64,000 bases of DNA, from NCBI GenBank assembly GCA_965219955.1, contig OZ244799.1:1280001-1344000 (forward strand). The letters are read 5' to 3'. The notes under the pieces were generated by a model. It saw only the letters and a list, made by a program, of their open reading frames with translations. It searched no databases and was not told the DNA's origin. Each line of letters opens with the position of its first letter. The stretch's first letter is position 1. Shown in pieces: positions 42,509-51,440 of this stretch. This DNA is from a bacterium (GTDB taxonomy: Bacteria > UBA8248). Position numbers and translations under genes: made by a program.

Positions 42509-43003
42509 ATGCGTATTTTGATCACTGCTTTCTTCCTACTATTCGCGTCCGGCTGTGCGACTTTGGTTTCCGGCACCTCCCAATCCATTCTGGTTGATGT
42601 CATCAATGCACAAGGAGCTACATGCACGGGTATCGACAAGCGGGGAAGGAGATATTACTGGCCCAACACCCCAAGCGCGGCGACAGTTCACAAGGGAGAT
42701 GGGCCGATGGTTTTAACGTGCGAGAAAAAAGGTTTCAAAAAAACAACCCACTCCTTCGATGAAACTTTAGTCTCTGCCACCCTCGGAAACATTATTCTCG
42801 GCGGAGGTATCGGGATTTTGGTTGATGCCGCAAGCGGTGCGGCACAAGAATATCCAACCAAAGTAAGCGTCCTGATGGAGCCTGAGGATTCGGCCCCCGA
42901 TGCTCTCCAGAAAAAATATCAGGAGTTGAAGAAAGAATTGGCAGAAAAGATGAAAAGAGAAAAAGAAGCCGAGAAGAAAGAAATTTCAGAGTCAGCCAAA
43001 TAG
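42509..43003 (+). CDS. Hypothetical lipoprotein
   Basis: Lipobox ASGC, GNI..GG.IG..VDA.SGA motif, GAGG RBS; lower GC than neighbours. Confidence 0.75.
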   Translation: MRILITAFFLLFASGCATLVSGTSQSILVDVINAQGATCTGIDKRGRRYYWPNTPSAATVHKGDGPMVLTCEKKGFKKTTHSFDETLVSATLGNIILGGGIGILVDAASGAAQEYPTKVSVLMEPEDSAPDALQKKYQELKKELAEKMKREKEAEKKEISESAK

Positions 43004-43047
43004 GGACCGGGTATCCTGATTCATGACAAGAAGATATTGTTGATATC

Positions 43048-43329
43048 TCAAGTCCACCAGTCCACCGCGTAGGAGCCGGCGAAGAGGAGACCGCCGAGGC
43101 CGAGCAAACCGACGGCCGGTTTCGTTGCGCCGATGGAGAGTGCGCCCAGGCCGCCGCAGAGCATCAGCGCGCCCGTGCCCCACATGACTTTTACAACGAT
43201 CGCCTTGGCGTCGATGACGTTCAGGGGCCGCTCGTCTGCGGGCTTTTCCACCAGCGCTTCGTCGCACTCGGGACAGGGATCGGCGCCGGAAGTTTCGGCC
43301 CCGCACTCAGGGCATTTGCTTTCGGTCAT
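43048..43329 (-). CDS. Small zinc-ribbon membrane protein
   Basis: CPECG...CPEC then two hydrophobic helices; AAGGA RBS. Confidence 0.65.
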   Translation of the reverse strand: MTESKCPECGAETSGADPCPECDEALVEKPADERPLNVIDAKAIVVKVMWGTGALMLCGGLGALSIGATKPAVGLLGLGGLLFAGSYAVDWWT

Positions 43330-43511
43330 GTTCGTTCCTTCGCAAGGTAACGGTGAGCGGAAAAACGATTTTCTCACATCGCGGGAGAAGGGGAAACGCG
43401 GCGGATATCTTTCGCCGAACGAAGCCCGCGCTTTCCGCCCGCGCGCATCGTGTGGGATGATTGGCCGGAATTCATCCGCAACGCCCCGGAAATGAATGAG
43501 GAGAAACTCTC

Positions 43512-44429
43512 GTGCAACATGAAATCGACCCCGAGCGCGTCGTCGTCACGGAGCCCGTGGCGGGTTCGGAATACCCGGTCCACCTGACCTACGTCGAACT
43601 GCTCGACGGCGTATATGCGCCGATAGGGATCAGGATGCCCGACGGCTCGGGGCCGCACCCCACCGTGCTGCTCGGGCGGGGGAACGGGGGCGGCGGCATG
43701 GCCTGGGTGCGCGAGGCGACCCGCAACATGGGCTACATCCAGGAGCGTCTCCTCGAGGCGGGCTACGCCTGCGCCTGGCTGAGATACCGCGCCGAGGTGG
43801 AACTCGGCTACAACAACGGCGGCCGCCTCGTCGAGGACATCCGGCAGGGCCGCCAACTCCTGAACCGCTCACCACTCGAATACGAGGACGAGATCGCGAT
43901 CATCGAATACGTGAAGACGCTGCCCGAGGTGGATGCGGACCGGGTCGGCCTGATGGGCGTGAGCCACGCGGGCGAGATGATCTTGAAGATAACATCGGAA
44001 TACGGCGGCGCGCGCGCCTGCGTGGCCTGCGAGCCCGCCTCCCATGAATTCCTCGATCTCTCACCCGACGATACCGCCTTCGTGAACGAGGAGACCCGGC
44101 TCAGAAACATCGAGGGCATGATGATGGAAGAGGTCGAAAAAGTCCGGGCGCGCATCAACGAAGAATTGGCGCTCACGAGGATGAAGAGCATTCAAACGCC
44201 GATCCTCATCATGGGAAGGGAAGGGGACCACCTGCAGGGCATCTTCCGCGCCACGTATGACCTCATGGTCGAGGCCGGGAGGGACGTAGAGTGGGTCTCC
44301 TACGATCATCCGGTGCACGGCTATATCTTTCCCGAGCGGGGAGGGGACGGAGAATACGCCGTCGACGAGACGCAAACAGCGGCGATAGGGATGTGCATCG
44401 CCTATTTGGACAAACACATGAAGAACTGA
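43512..44429 (+). CDS. Alpha/beta hydrolase fold protein
   Basis: GPHPTVL, VD.DRVGLMGVSHAG elbow, C-terminal HG; GAGGAG RBS. Confidence 0.78.
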   Translation: MQHEIDPERVVVTEPVAGSEYPVHLTYVELLDGVYAPIGIRMPDGSGPHPTVLLGRGNGGGGMAWVREATRNMGYIQERLLEAGYACAWLRYRAEVELGYNNGGRLVEDIRQGRQLLNRSPLEYEDEIAIIEYVKTLPEVDADRVGLMGVSHAGEMILKITSEYGGARACVACEPASHEFLDLSPDDTAFVNEETRLRNIEGMMMEEVEKVRARINEELALTRMKSIQTPILIMGREGDHLQGIFRATYDLMVEAGRDVEWVSYDHPVHGYIFPERGGDGEYAVDETQTAAIGMCIAYLDKHMKN

Positions 44430-44504
44430 GCTATACTGTGCTCTTGAGGCGCCTGAGCCCGAGGCGTCAACGGCCCCCCGCCGCAACGAGGGGATCTTAA
44501 GTTC

Positions 44505-45965
44505 ATGAAATCCCAGACGAGAATTTTCTCCTGCCTTGTGGATGATTTCCTGAAACCCGATTCGCTCATTTTCCCGGCATCGGAGAGTCTCCGGAACGTC
44601 ATCTCCCGGATGGCGGAGAAGAATGCGACCTGCGTTCTCGTGACGGATGAGGAGAACACCCTCACAGGCATTTTTACGGAAAAAGACGTGACGCGCCGCG
44701 TCGCCCTGCGGTGCGGCGGTTCGGAGACGATAGAGCAGCTGATGACGCCCCGCGTATACTCCGCGAAGCAGGGGGATTACCTCTATCACACCATCGCGCG
44801 CATGCGCCGCCTCGGCCACCGCCACATGCCGGTGGTGGATGAGGGGAACCGCCCCCTGGGTCTGCTCGACCTGGAGGACGCCATGGCCGTGGCGGCCGCG
44901 CATGTGGTGGATCACATCGACGCGCTCACGCAGGTACCGGAACTCTACGGCTTGCAGGAGGTGAAGGCCGTACAGGCGGTCGTGGCGCAGGAGCTTCTCG
45001 AAGACAACCTCCCCGCGCCGGAGATTCAGGCGCTGCTCACGCACGTGAACAACGACATCTACAGCCGCGTGGCCGAAAAAGTCACGGCGACCATCGAGAA
45101 GGCGGGCGGCGGCGCGCCGCCCGTTCGGTACGCCGTGATCGTCATGGGCTCGAGCGGCCGGGGGGAGAATTTCATCAACCCGGATCAGGACAACGGCATC
45201 ATCCTGGAAGACTATCCCGTGGAGCGGCACAACGAGGTCAACGACTACTTCATGCAGTTCTCGGAGCTGCTGATCTGGAATCTCGAAGCCATCGGCTTTC
45301 CTCTGTGCGACGGCAACGTGATGGCCACGAACCCGCTTTGGCGCAAATCGATCTCCGAGTGGAAACACCAGACCCTGCGCTGGTTCCAGAAGAGGAGCAC
45401 GTTCCAGGTCCAGTTGAGCGACGTCTTCTTCGACTTCGACACCGCCTGCGGGGATTTGAGCCTGGGGCGGGAATTGCGCAGCCACATCACGACGTTCGTG
45501 CAGAAAGAACCCGCCGTGCTCCAGGCGATGTTCCAGACGGAGGCCGACAGGCACGTCGCCCTCGGCCTGTTCGGCATGCTGCGAACGGAAAGAGTGGGAG
45601 AGGGCATGCCGCAGGCGGTCAACCTGAAGCACGGGGGCATCCTCCCCCTCGTCGGGGCCGTCCGTCTGCTCGCGCTGAAAGAGGGCATGGAGGCGACCTC
45701 CACCTACGAGCGCATCCGTCTGCTGCACGAGGCGGGGGTTTTCAGCGACGATGAGTTCGATGATTACAACGCAGCACTGGAGCATCTGACCTATCTGCTG
45801 CTGCGCCAGCAACTCAGGGATTTCGGGCGCATCAAGAAAGCGACGCGCTACGTGAGGAAGTCGGCCATCTCGCGAAGGGAGAAACAGGTCCTCAAGATGT
45901 CGCTCAAGGCGGTCCGCTCGCTCAAGGAGCGAGTGCGAACGGATTTCACCGGCGAGATTCTCTAA
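44505..45965 (+). CDS. CBS-domain DUF294 nucleotidyltransferase-like protein
   Basis: CBS pair (GIFTEKD, H.PVVD), MGSSGRGE...DQDNG, C.GNVMATNP.W, NLKHGG. Confidence 0.88.
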   Translation: MKSQTRIFSCLVDDFLKPDSLIFPASESLRNVISRMAEKNATCVLVTDEENTLTGIFTEKDVTRRVALRCGGSETIEQLMTPRVYSAKQGDYLYHTIARMRRLGHRHMPVVDEGNRPLGLLDLEDAMAVAAAHVVDHIDALTQVPELYGLQEVKAVQAVVAQELLEDNLPAPEIQALLTHVNNDIYSRVAEKVTATIEKAGGGAPPVRYAVIVMGSSGRGENFINPDQDNGIILEDYPVERHNEVNDYFMQFSELLIWNLEAIGFPLCDGNVMATNPLWRKSISEWKHQTLRWFQKRSTFQVQLSDVFFDFDTACGDLSLGRELRSHITTFVQKEPAVLQAMFQTEADRHVALGLFGMLRTERVGEGMPQAVNLKHGGILPLVGAVRLLALKEGMEATSTYERIRLLHEAGVFSDDEFDDYNAALEHLTYLLLRQQLRDFGRIKKATRYVRKSAISRREKQVLKMSLKAVRSLKERVRTDFTGEIL

Positions 45966-46030
45966 AAATTACGATACGGGGTGGGTGAAAAGGCCTCCCT
46001 CCTCAGGGGATAAAGGCACCCCCCCTTGTC

Positions 46031-46281
46031 AGGGCTGTTGGAAAAAGCCCGAGGAGAGAGAAATCACTCCCCCCTTGAGGGGGAGTCGATGAAGCCGAGC
46101 GGTTTGTGCGAAGGCTGAATCGGTGGGGGGAGAATCGCGTTTACCGCCATTCCGGATTATACCCCCCACCGAATCGCTTGCGGGCTTACGCCCTTAGCTC
46201 TTCGACTCCCCCTCAAGGGGGGAGTGAAATTCAAAAACTTGCGCTCAACCAAAATCGCTCCACGGGGCCCCTTCGACACCC
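46031..46281. repeat. TIR-bounded unit with CCCCTTGAGGGG doublet, left of yciI-like gene
   Basis: GGGCTGTTGGAAAAAGCCC left end; doublet 46063-46227 is the reverse complement of 41443-41596. Confidence 0.8.
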
Positions 46282-46893
46282 TCACGCGGTCGACTTGAAT
46301 CTGTCGAACACCCGCCCGAAGCGCCAGGCGTAGAACTCCACGCTCTCATACAGGCCCGCGCGGCTGTAGGGCTCCTCCGCCCAGAACGCACGCGCCGCCT
46401 CGATGCCGGGAAAATCGAGCAGCAGCACGCTTCCGTTTCTGGTCTCGCCGTCATCGGTGACCAGGGGGCCGCGCACCATCACCGAATCGCCGTGCTCGGT
46501 CAGGTAGGCCACGTGCTCTTCATGCAGGGTCTTGCGGATTTCGCTGCCCGCCTTGTCCAGCGCATGGACGTAGAACTGGAGGTTCCCCTCCCGCCGCGGG
46601 CAGTCGCGCCAGGAGTGGGGCACGGTTGCGCGCCAGCGGTGAACCGAGGGCCGCTCCTGAATCCCCTCGATGATGAAGGGCTCGTTCGCCACGTGTTCTT
46701 CGGCGGCGGCGCGGTCGGGCAGGTCCAGGATGCGGAAGCTGCCCAGTTCGAGCTCCCCGTCGTCGGTCAGGAACGGACCGGCGAAGCGGGTGGCGTCGTC
46801 GAAGCTCTTGAGGTAATCGAGGTGCGCCTTGCGGTGAACGTCCCTCAATTCGGCCGCTTCGGGCCTGTCGTAAATCTTGATGACGAATTCCAT
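46282..46893 (-). CDS. Tandem YciI-domain protein
   Basis: Two repeats of D......R.....H..YL, GP..TDDG, GS, EP(F/Y). Confidence 0.88.
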   Translation of the reverse strand: MEFVIKIYDRPEAAELRDVHRKAHLDYLKSFDDATRFAGPFLTDDGELELGSFRILDLPDRAAAEEHVANEPFIIEGIQERPSVHRWRATVPHSWRDCPRREGNLQFYVHALDKAGSEIRKTLHEEHVAYLTEHGDSVMVRGPLVTDDGETRNGSVLLLDFPGIEAARAFWAEEPYSRAGLYESVEFYAWRFGRVFDRFKSTA

Positions 46894-46934
46894 GAATGAT
46901 TTCCTTTTTCTTGGGAGTGAAAATGAATTTCTTG

Positions 46935-47234
46935 AGGGTTCTTGGAAAGCCCTGTGAAGCAATTTTGGTTGAGCGCGCGCTTTTGAATTTCACTCCCCCC
47001 TTGAGGGTCGGGCTTCCCGAGGGGAAAGCCCGACGAGGAAGCCGAACCGACAGGTGAAGGCTGACTCGGTGGGGGGGTGAATCCTAATTTGTGGCACAAT
47101 TCGAATTATACCCCCCACCAACTCACTTGCGGGCTACGCCCTTAGCTCATTGACTCCCCCTCAAGGGGGGAGTGATTCTTCCTCTTCCATCAGTCGCGTC
47201 GAATCCTCATTCATAAGGCCTTTTCAACAACCCC
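46935..47234. repeat. TIR-bounded unit with CCCCTTGAGGGG doublet, right of yciI-like gene
   Basis: 46949-47000 is an inverted copy (46/52) of 46217-46268; right end GGCCTTTTCAACAACCCC. Confidence 0.8.
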
Positions 47235-47396
47235 TAAAGAAAAGAATTGCTTGCCGTCCAAGACGCCCGGATTCTATGCGCGGATGCGTCAGGCCGCAAC
47301 GGAGGCAGCGGGTGGCGCGATCCCGCAGCCATCGTTACATTAAGCGCATCCAGGAGTGAGGCAAAAGTTTTACGTTTTCAGAGAAAGGAGAAAGGC

Positions 47397-47840
47397 ATGA
47401 GTCGTCAGGAAGGAGACAACGCCCACGCCGTGAAGGCGGGAGCGGGGCGCTACGTCTATGACCTCGCCGGTATGGAGCAACTGCCCATCGGCGGGCACTA
47501 CTCATCCGGCCACGGCGGCATCGTGGAGGGCGAGCGCGTGCAGGTGGCCCTCGTTCGGAAAAAGCCGGGCACCGGGTCGAGGCTTCACACCCATCCGAAC
47601 GAGCAGTTCAACTTCGTCATCAAGGGCGAACTGCAGGTCAGGGTGGGCGACGTGGAGGGCCTGGCCGGCCCCGGAACCCTGATCCACATCCCGGCGAACG
47701 TCGAGCACTACACCTACGCCACGGCGAAGGGGGACGCGGAATACTACGCCGTCAAGGACACCTCGCACGCCATGTACGGGGAGCCCGCGGACGGTGAGAA
47801 CTCGGGTCCTCATTTCGAAGCGGGCCACGGGCCAATCTAG
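47397..47840 (+). CDS. Cupin domain protein A
   Basis: HTHPNEQ..FVIKG and G..IHIP.NVEH cupin motifs; AGGAG RBS. Confidence 0.88.
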   Translation: MSRQEGDNAHAVKAGAGRYVYDLAGMEQLPIGGHYSSGHGGIVEGERVQVALVRKKPGTGSRLHTHPNEQFNFVIKGELQVRVGDVEGLAGPGTLIHIPANVEHYTYATAKGDAEYYAVKDTSHAMYGEPADGENSGPHFEAGHGPI

Positions 47841-47881
47841 CGATAATCAGATCGTTATTTTTACGGATCAGGAGTTGCGCG

Positions 47882-48346
47882 ATGAGCGAAGCAGCGGAAA
47901 ACGAAAAGCAATATGCGAACATCCACGAGGAAACCCATGAGAAGGTGGTGAAGGCGACGCCGGGAAACTGCCTGTTCAACATGCAAGAGATGGACCAGTT
48001 CATGATCGGCCCGCATTATTCCTCCTCCATCGGCAGCGCCGTGCGGGGAGAGAAGCTCCAGGTGGTGCTGGTCAACAAGCCCAGGGGCACCGGGTCGAGG
48101 CTCCACACCCACGCGAACGAGCAGTTCAACTATGTGATCAAAGGCAAGCTGAAATACCGGGTGCGCGACGTGGAGGGGGTCGCCGAAGCAGGGCAGGTGA
48201 TCCACATTCCCGCCGGCGCGGAGCACTATTGCGTCACCACGGGTGAGGAGGATTGCCTGTACTTCGCATCGAAGGACACGACCTACTTCGTGGCCGGCGA
48301 TGCGGTGGACGGCACCAGAAGCGGGGCGTATTACGAGGAAGATTGA
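47882..48346 (+). CDS. Cupin domain protein B (paralogue of A)
   Basis: HTHANEQ..YVIKG, G.VIHIP.G.EH; AGGAG RBS. Confidence 0.88.
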   Translation: MSEAAENEKQYANIHEETHEKVVKATPGNCLFNMQEMDQFMIGPHYSSSIGSAVRGEKLQVVLVNKPRGTGSRLHTHANEQFNYVIKGKLKYRVRDVEGVAEAGQVIHIPAGAEHYCVTTGEEDCLYFASKDTTYFVAGDAVDGTRSGAYYEED

Positions 48347-48368
48347 AGAGCGGCCTTCCGCAACTGAT

Positions 48369-48949
48369 GGGGTTGTTGGAAAAGCCCTTGAAAGGGAAAT
48401 CCCATAAAGCAACCCCCCTACCCCCCCTTCTCAGGGGTCAAAACCGACCGAAGAGGGAGGTTTTGCAAGACGATGTGTTTCTCGTCAATGGCTTATGCAA
48501 ACGCTCGTTCATCACTCGCGTTTGACCCCTGACAAGGGGGGTAGGGGGGTTGCCTTTCAAGGCGAGGCTGCGAACGGAGTCCGTAGGGACAGGCCTCCGT
48601 GCCTGTCCGGCACCTCGACCAAGGACAACCACGGAGGGTTGTCCCTACAGGTCCCCCGCCGTCGCGCCCGACCTGAAACGCCGTCATTCCGGCGAAAGCC
48701 GGAATCCATTTTCAAGCAGAATGACTATACTCCGGCTTTCCATCTCCTCGTCATTTGCGGGAACCAATCAAAAAAGGAAAAACAAAGGCAAAAACAAATG
48801 GATTCCGGCTTCCGCCGGAATGACGAACAAAACCGCACTCGTTGTAGGGGCGGTTCGCGAACCGCCCCTACGGTCGGTAGCACTTCCATGAAGATGGCCC
48901 TGACTGGCTACATACGCCAAATCACGAATTCAGGCGTTTTCCAACAGTC
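48369..48949. repeat. Composite palindromic-repeat cassette 8
   Basis: TIR-like ends; CCCCCTACCCCC../CCTGACAAGGGGGGTAGGGG pair 48414-48549; GTAG doublet 48583-48648; CGTC doublet 48682-48825; GTAG palindrome 48844-48871. Confidence 0.85.
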
Positions 48950-48966
48950 TTTCGGGCGAAGCGTCC

Positions 48967-50157
48967 TCACCCGTCGCACCGGAACGCCTTCATGGGGAAG
49001 GTGTGCAGGGAGCGGAACCCTTCGCTGGTGACGATACCCATGTCGCCCATCTGCACGCCGCGGCCTTCGGCGTCCATGGGGTTCGGCTGGATCACCATCA
49101 CCATGTTCTCGCGGTACTTGAAATCGGCGGGCGGCGCGAGATAGTTCGAACCCCGAATGCCGATGGAGGGCTGGAGCAGGTCCGTGCCGAAGCCATGCGC
49201 GAGCGAGTCGTAGATCTGAAAGCCCCGCTCGGGCAACGGGTCGGTGGCCTCGAAGACGGCCTGGGCGGAATTGCCCGCCTTCATCGTTCTGCCCACGCCC
49301 TCGTAGACCTCGACGGCGGCGTCGAGCAGCGCCTGGTACGGCGGCGTGGGGTCCGCCCCGATGGTGAAGGTGCGCAGGCTCTGGCCCGCATAGCCGTAAT
49401 ACGCAGCGCTGATCTCCATGATGAGCACGTCGCCCGCCTCGAGCTTTCTCCGCGTGGGGTTCTGCCAGGGGACGGGCGTGCGGGGGTTCGCCATCGGAGT
49501 GGCCGTCACGAACTGCACCATCTGCTCGCCGCCCTGCTCCCTGAATGCGGCGGCCATCCGGCCCGACAGCTCGATCTCGGGAATACCCGGCTTCGCGTGA
49601 ACTCGGGCCGCTTCCATGGCGAGGTCCGTGAGCCGCGCCGCCTCGGTCAGCCACTCGATTTCCTCGTCGCTCTTTATCAGCCTGAGGTCCCTGAATCTGG
49701 CGCTCACGTCCACCCACTCCGCCTCCGGGAAGCGATTCGAAAGATAGTCCATGTGCTCGAAGGGCAGCAGAATCCTGAAGCGGGGGTTGATGCCCACCAG
49801 GCCGACCCGCGCGTTCCCCAGCCCCAGGGCGTCGAGCTGATCCGCCATGCGTTCGGGGTTGCCGTACGCCCCGTGGCGCACGTCCTCGAAGATGCACTGC
49901 ATCTGCGCGTTGTGCAGGTGGTTGTAGAGACCCGTGAAGAGGGAAGGGGGGCCATCTTTCGGGAATATCAGGTAGCAGTGGTTGAAATCCCGGTAGCACG
50001 AAAGCCAGTAGATGTTCGCCTGGGCGTTTCGGTTCGTGCCGCCCATACCGAAAAACAAAAAAGCGTCCAGCCCTTCTTCTTCCATCAAATCTTTGGCCAT
50101 TCCATGACGCCTGCTCATTTCTGATTCCGAGAAACGCGGATACCATTCTTCAGACAT
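48967..50157 (-). CDS. M24 pita-bread fold protein (Xaa-Pro peptidase/creatinase-like)
   Basis: Creatinase-like N-terminus, RLIKSDEEI, YYGY...RT, HGFG; AGGAGG RBS before ATG 50157. Confidence 0.85.
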   Translation of the reverse strand: MSEEWYPRFSESEMSRRHGMAKDLMEEEGLDAFLFFGMGGTNRNAQANIYWLSCYRDFNHCYLIFPKDGPPSLFTGLYNHLHNAQMQCIFEDVRHGAYGNPERMADQLDALGLGNARVGLVGINPRFRILLPFEHMDYLSNRFPEAEWVDVSARFRDLRLIKSDEEIEWLTEAARLTDLAMEAARVHAKPGIPEIELSGRMAAAFREQGGEQMVQFVTATPMANPRTPVPWQNPTRRKLEAGDVLIMEISAAYYGYAGQSLRTFTIGADPTPPYQALLDAAVEVYEGVGRTMKAGNSAQAVFEATDPLPERGFQIYDSLAHGFGTDLLQPSIGIRGSNYLAPPADFKYRENMVMVIQPNPMDAEGRGVQMGDMGIVTSEGFRSLHTFPMKAFRCDG

Positions 50158-50275
50158 ATCGCCTCCTTGCGCGATGACTCTTCGTGGGGGAGAATAATGC
50201 AGCCAACGGAAATTCATAGTTTGCGCGGCGCATTATAGCGGGCGCATCGAGAATATACGACCGGGGAGGAAGCGT

Positions 50276-51370
50276 ATGAGCATCATCGGCCATGGCGTGA
50301 TTTCAAGAACAGCGGGCGAACGCACGGAAGTGGAGGAAATCGAACTGGCCTCCCCGGGCCCGGGCGAGGTGCTGGTGAAAATCCAGGCCAGCGGCGTCTG
50401 CCACACGGACTTGCACTACAAACTCGGAAAAATCGGGGATGAATTTCCCTACCTCCTCGGCCACGAGGGCTCCGGCATCATTCAGGAAGTGGGGGAGGGC
50501 GTCTCCGACCTGGCCGTGGGCGATTACGTCGTTCTGGCCTGGCGCGCCCCCTGCGGACTCTGCCGCTTCTGCTCCATCGGCCAGCCCAGCCTATGCGCCG
50601 CCAGTTTGAACGCGGCCTCTAAGATGTACGCGAAAAAAGACGGCCGGCCCATGAGTCCTTCTCTCGGCATCGGCACGTTCTGCACGCACACCCTCGTCGC
50701 CGCGAAACAGGCGGTGAAAGTGCCCGTTTCCTGTAAGCCGGAGCAGGCCTGCCTCATCGGCTGCGGCGTCATGACGGGCGTGGGCGCCTGTCTCTATACG
50801 GCGCAGGTCAGGCGCGGGAGCACCGTGGCGGTGTATGGATGCGGCGGCGTGGGCATCAGCGTCATCATGGGCGCCAAAATGTCGCGCGCCTCTAAGATCA
50901 TCGGCGTCGACATCGCCGATAACAAGCTGGACTGGGCCAGGCAGTTCGGTGCGACCGACGTCGTCAACGCGTCTGAAACCGACCCGGTGGAGGCGATCAA
51001 GGAACTGACCGGCGGGAACGGCGTCGATTATTCCTTCGAGGCCGTGGGAACGCCGCAGACGCTCCTGCAGGCGATGTGGTCGCGCGATCTGGCGGGCACC
51101 TGCACCCTCATCGGCGTGCCCGCCCCCGACATGATGATGGAATTGCCCATGCTCCAGTTCTTCGGCCTGGGCGGCGCGCTGCGCGTATCGTGGTACGGGG
51201 ACTGCCTGCCTTCGCGGGATTTCCCGCTTCTCGCCGACTGGTACGAGAAGGGAGAGTTGGATCTGGACCGCATGGTCACGAAAATCATCGGTCTGGAAGA
51301 CGTGGAGCCCGCATTCGAGGCGATGGAACGCGGCGAAACCCTGCGATCCGTCATCCGGAACCCGGATTAA
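50276..51370 (+). CDS. Zn-dependent alcohol dehydrogenase, S-(hydroxymethyl)mycothiol dehydrogenase-like
   Basis: GVCHTDLHY, DEFPYLLGHE, CxxCxxC..C, GCGVMTG, GCGGVG, SWYGDCLPSRDFP. Confidence 0.85.
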   Translation: MSIIGHGVISRTAGERTEVEEIELASPGPGEVLVKIQASGVCHTDLHYKLGKIGDEFPYLLGHEGSGIIQEVGEGVSDLAVGDYVVLAWRAPCGLCRFCSIGQPSLCAASLNAASKMYAKKDGRPMSPSLGIGTFCTHTLVAAKQAVKVPVSCKPEQACLIGCGVMTGVGACLYTAQVRRGSTVAVYGCGGVGISVIMGAKMSRASKIIGVDIADNKLDWARQFGATDVVNASETDPVEAIKELTGGNGVDYSFEAVGTPQTLLQAMWSRDLAGTCTLIGVPAPDMMMELPMLQFFGLGGALRVSWYGDCLPSRDFPLLADWYEKGELDLDRMVTKIIGLEDVEPAFEAMERGETLRSVIRNPD

Positions 51371-51376
51371 GATACA

Positions 51377-51416
51377 TAAACAACAACTTGAAGATATTCT
51401 TTCATCTTGTTGTTTA
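51377..51416. terminator. AT-rich hairpin between convergent genes
   Basis: TAAACAACAA...TTGTTGTTTA perfect 10-bp arms. Confidence 0.5.
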
Positions 51417-51440
51417 GAATTCAGTTTTATTACTTCATCT

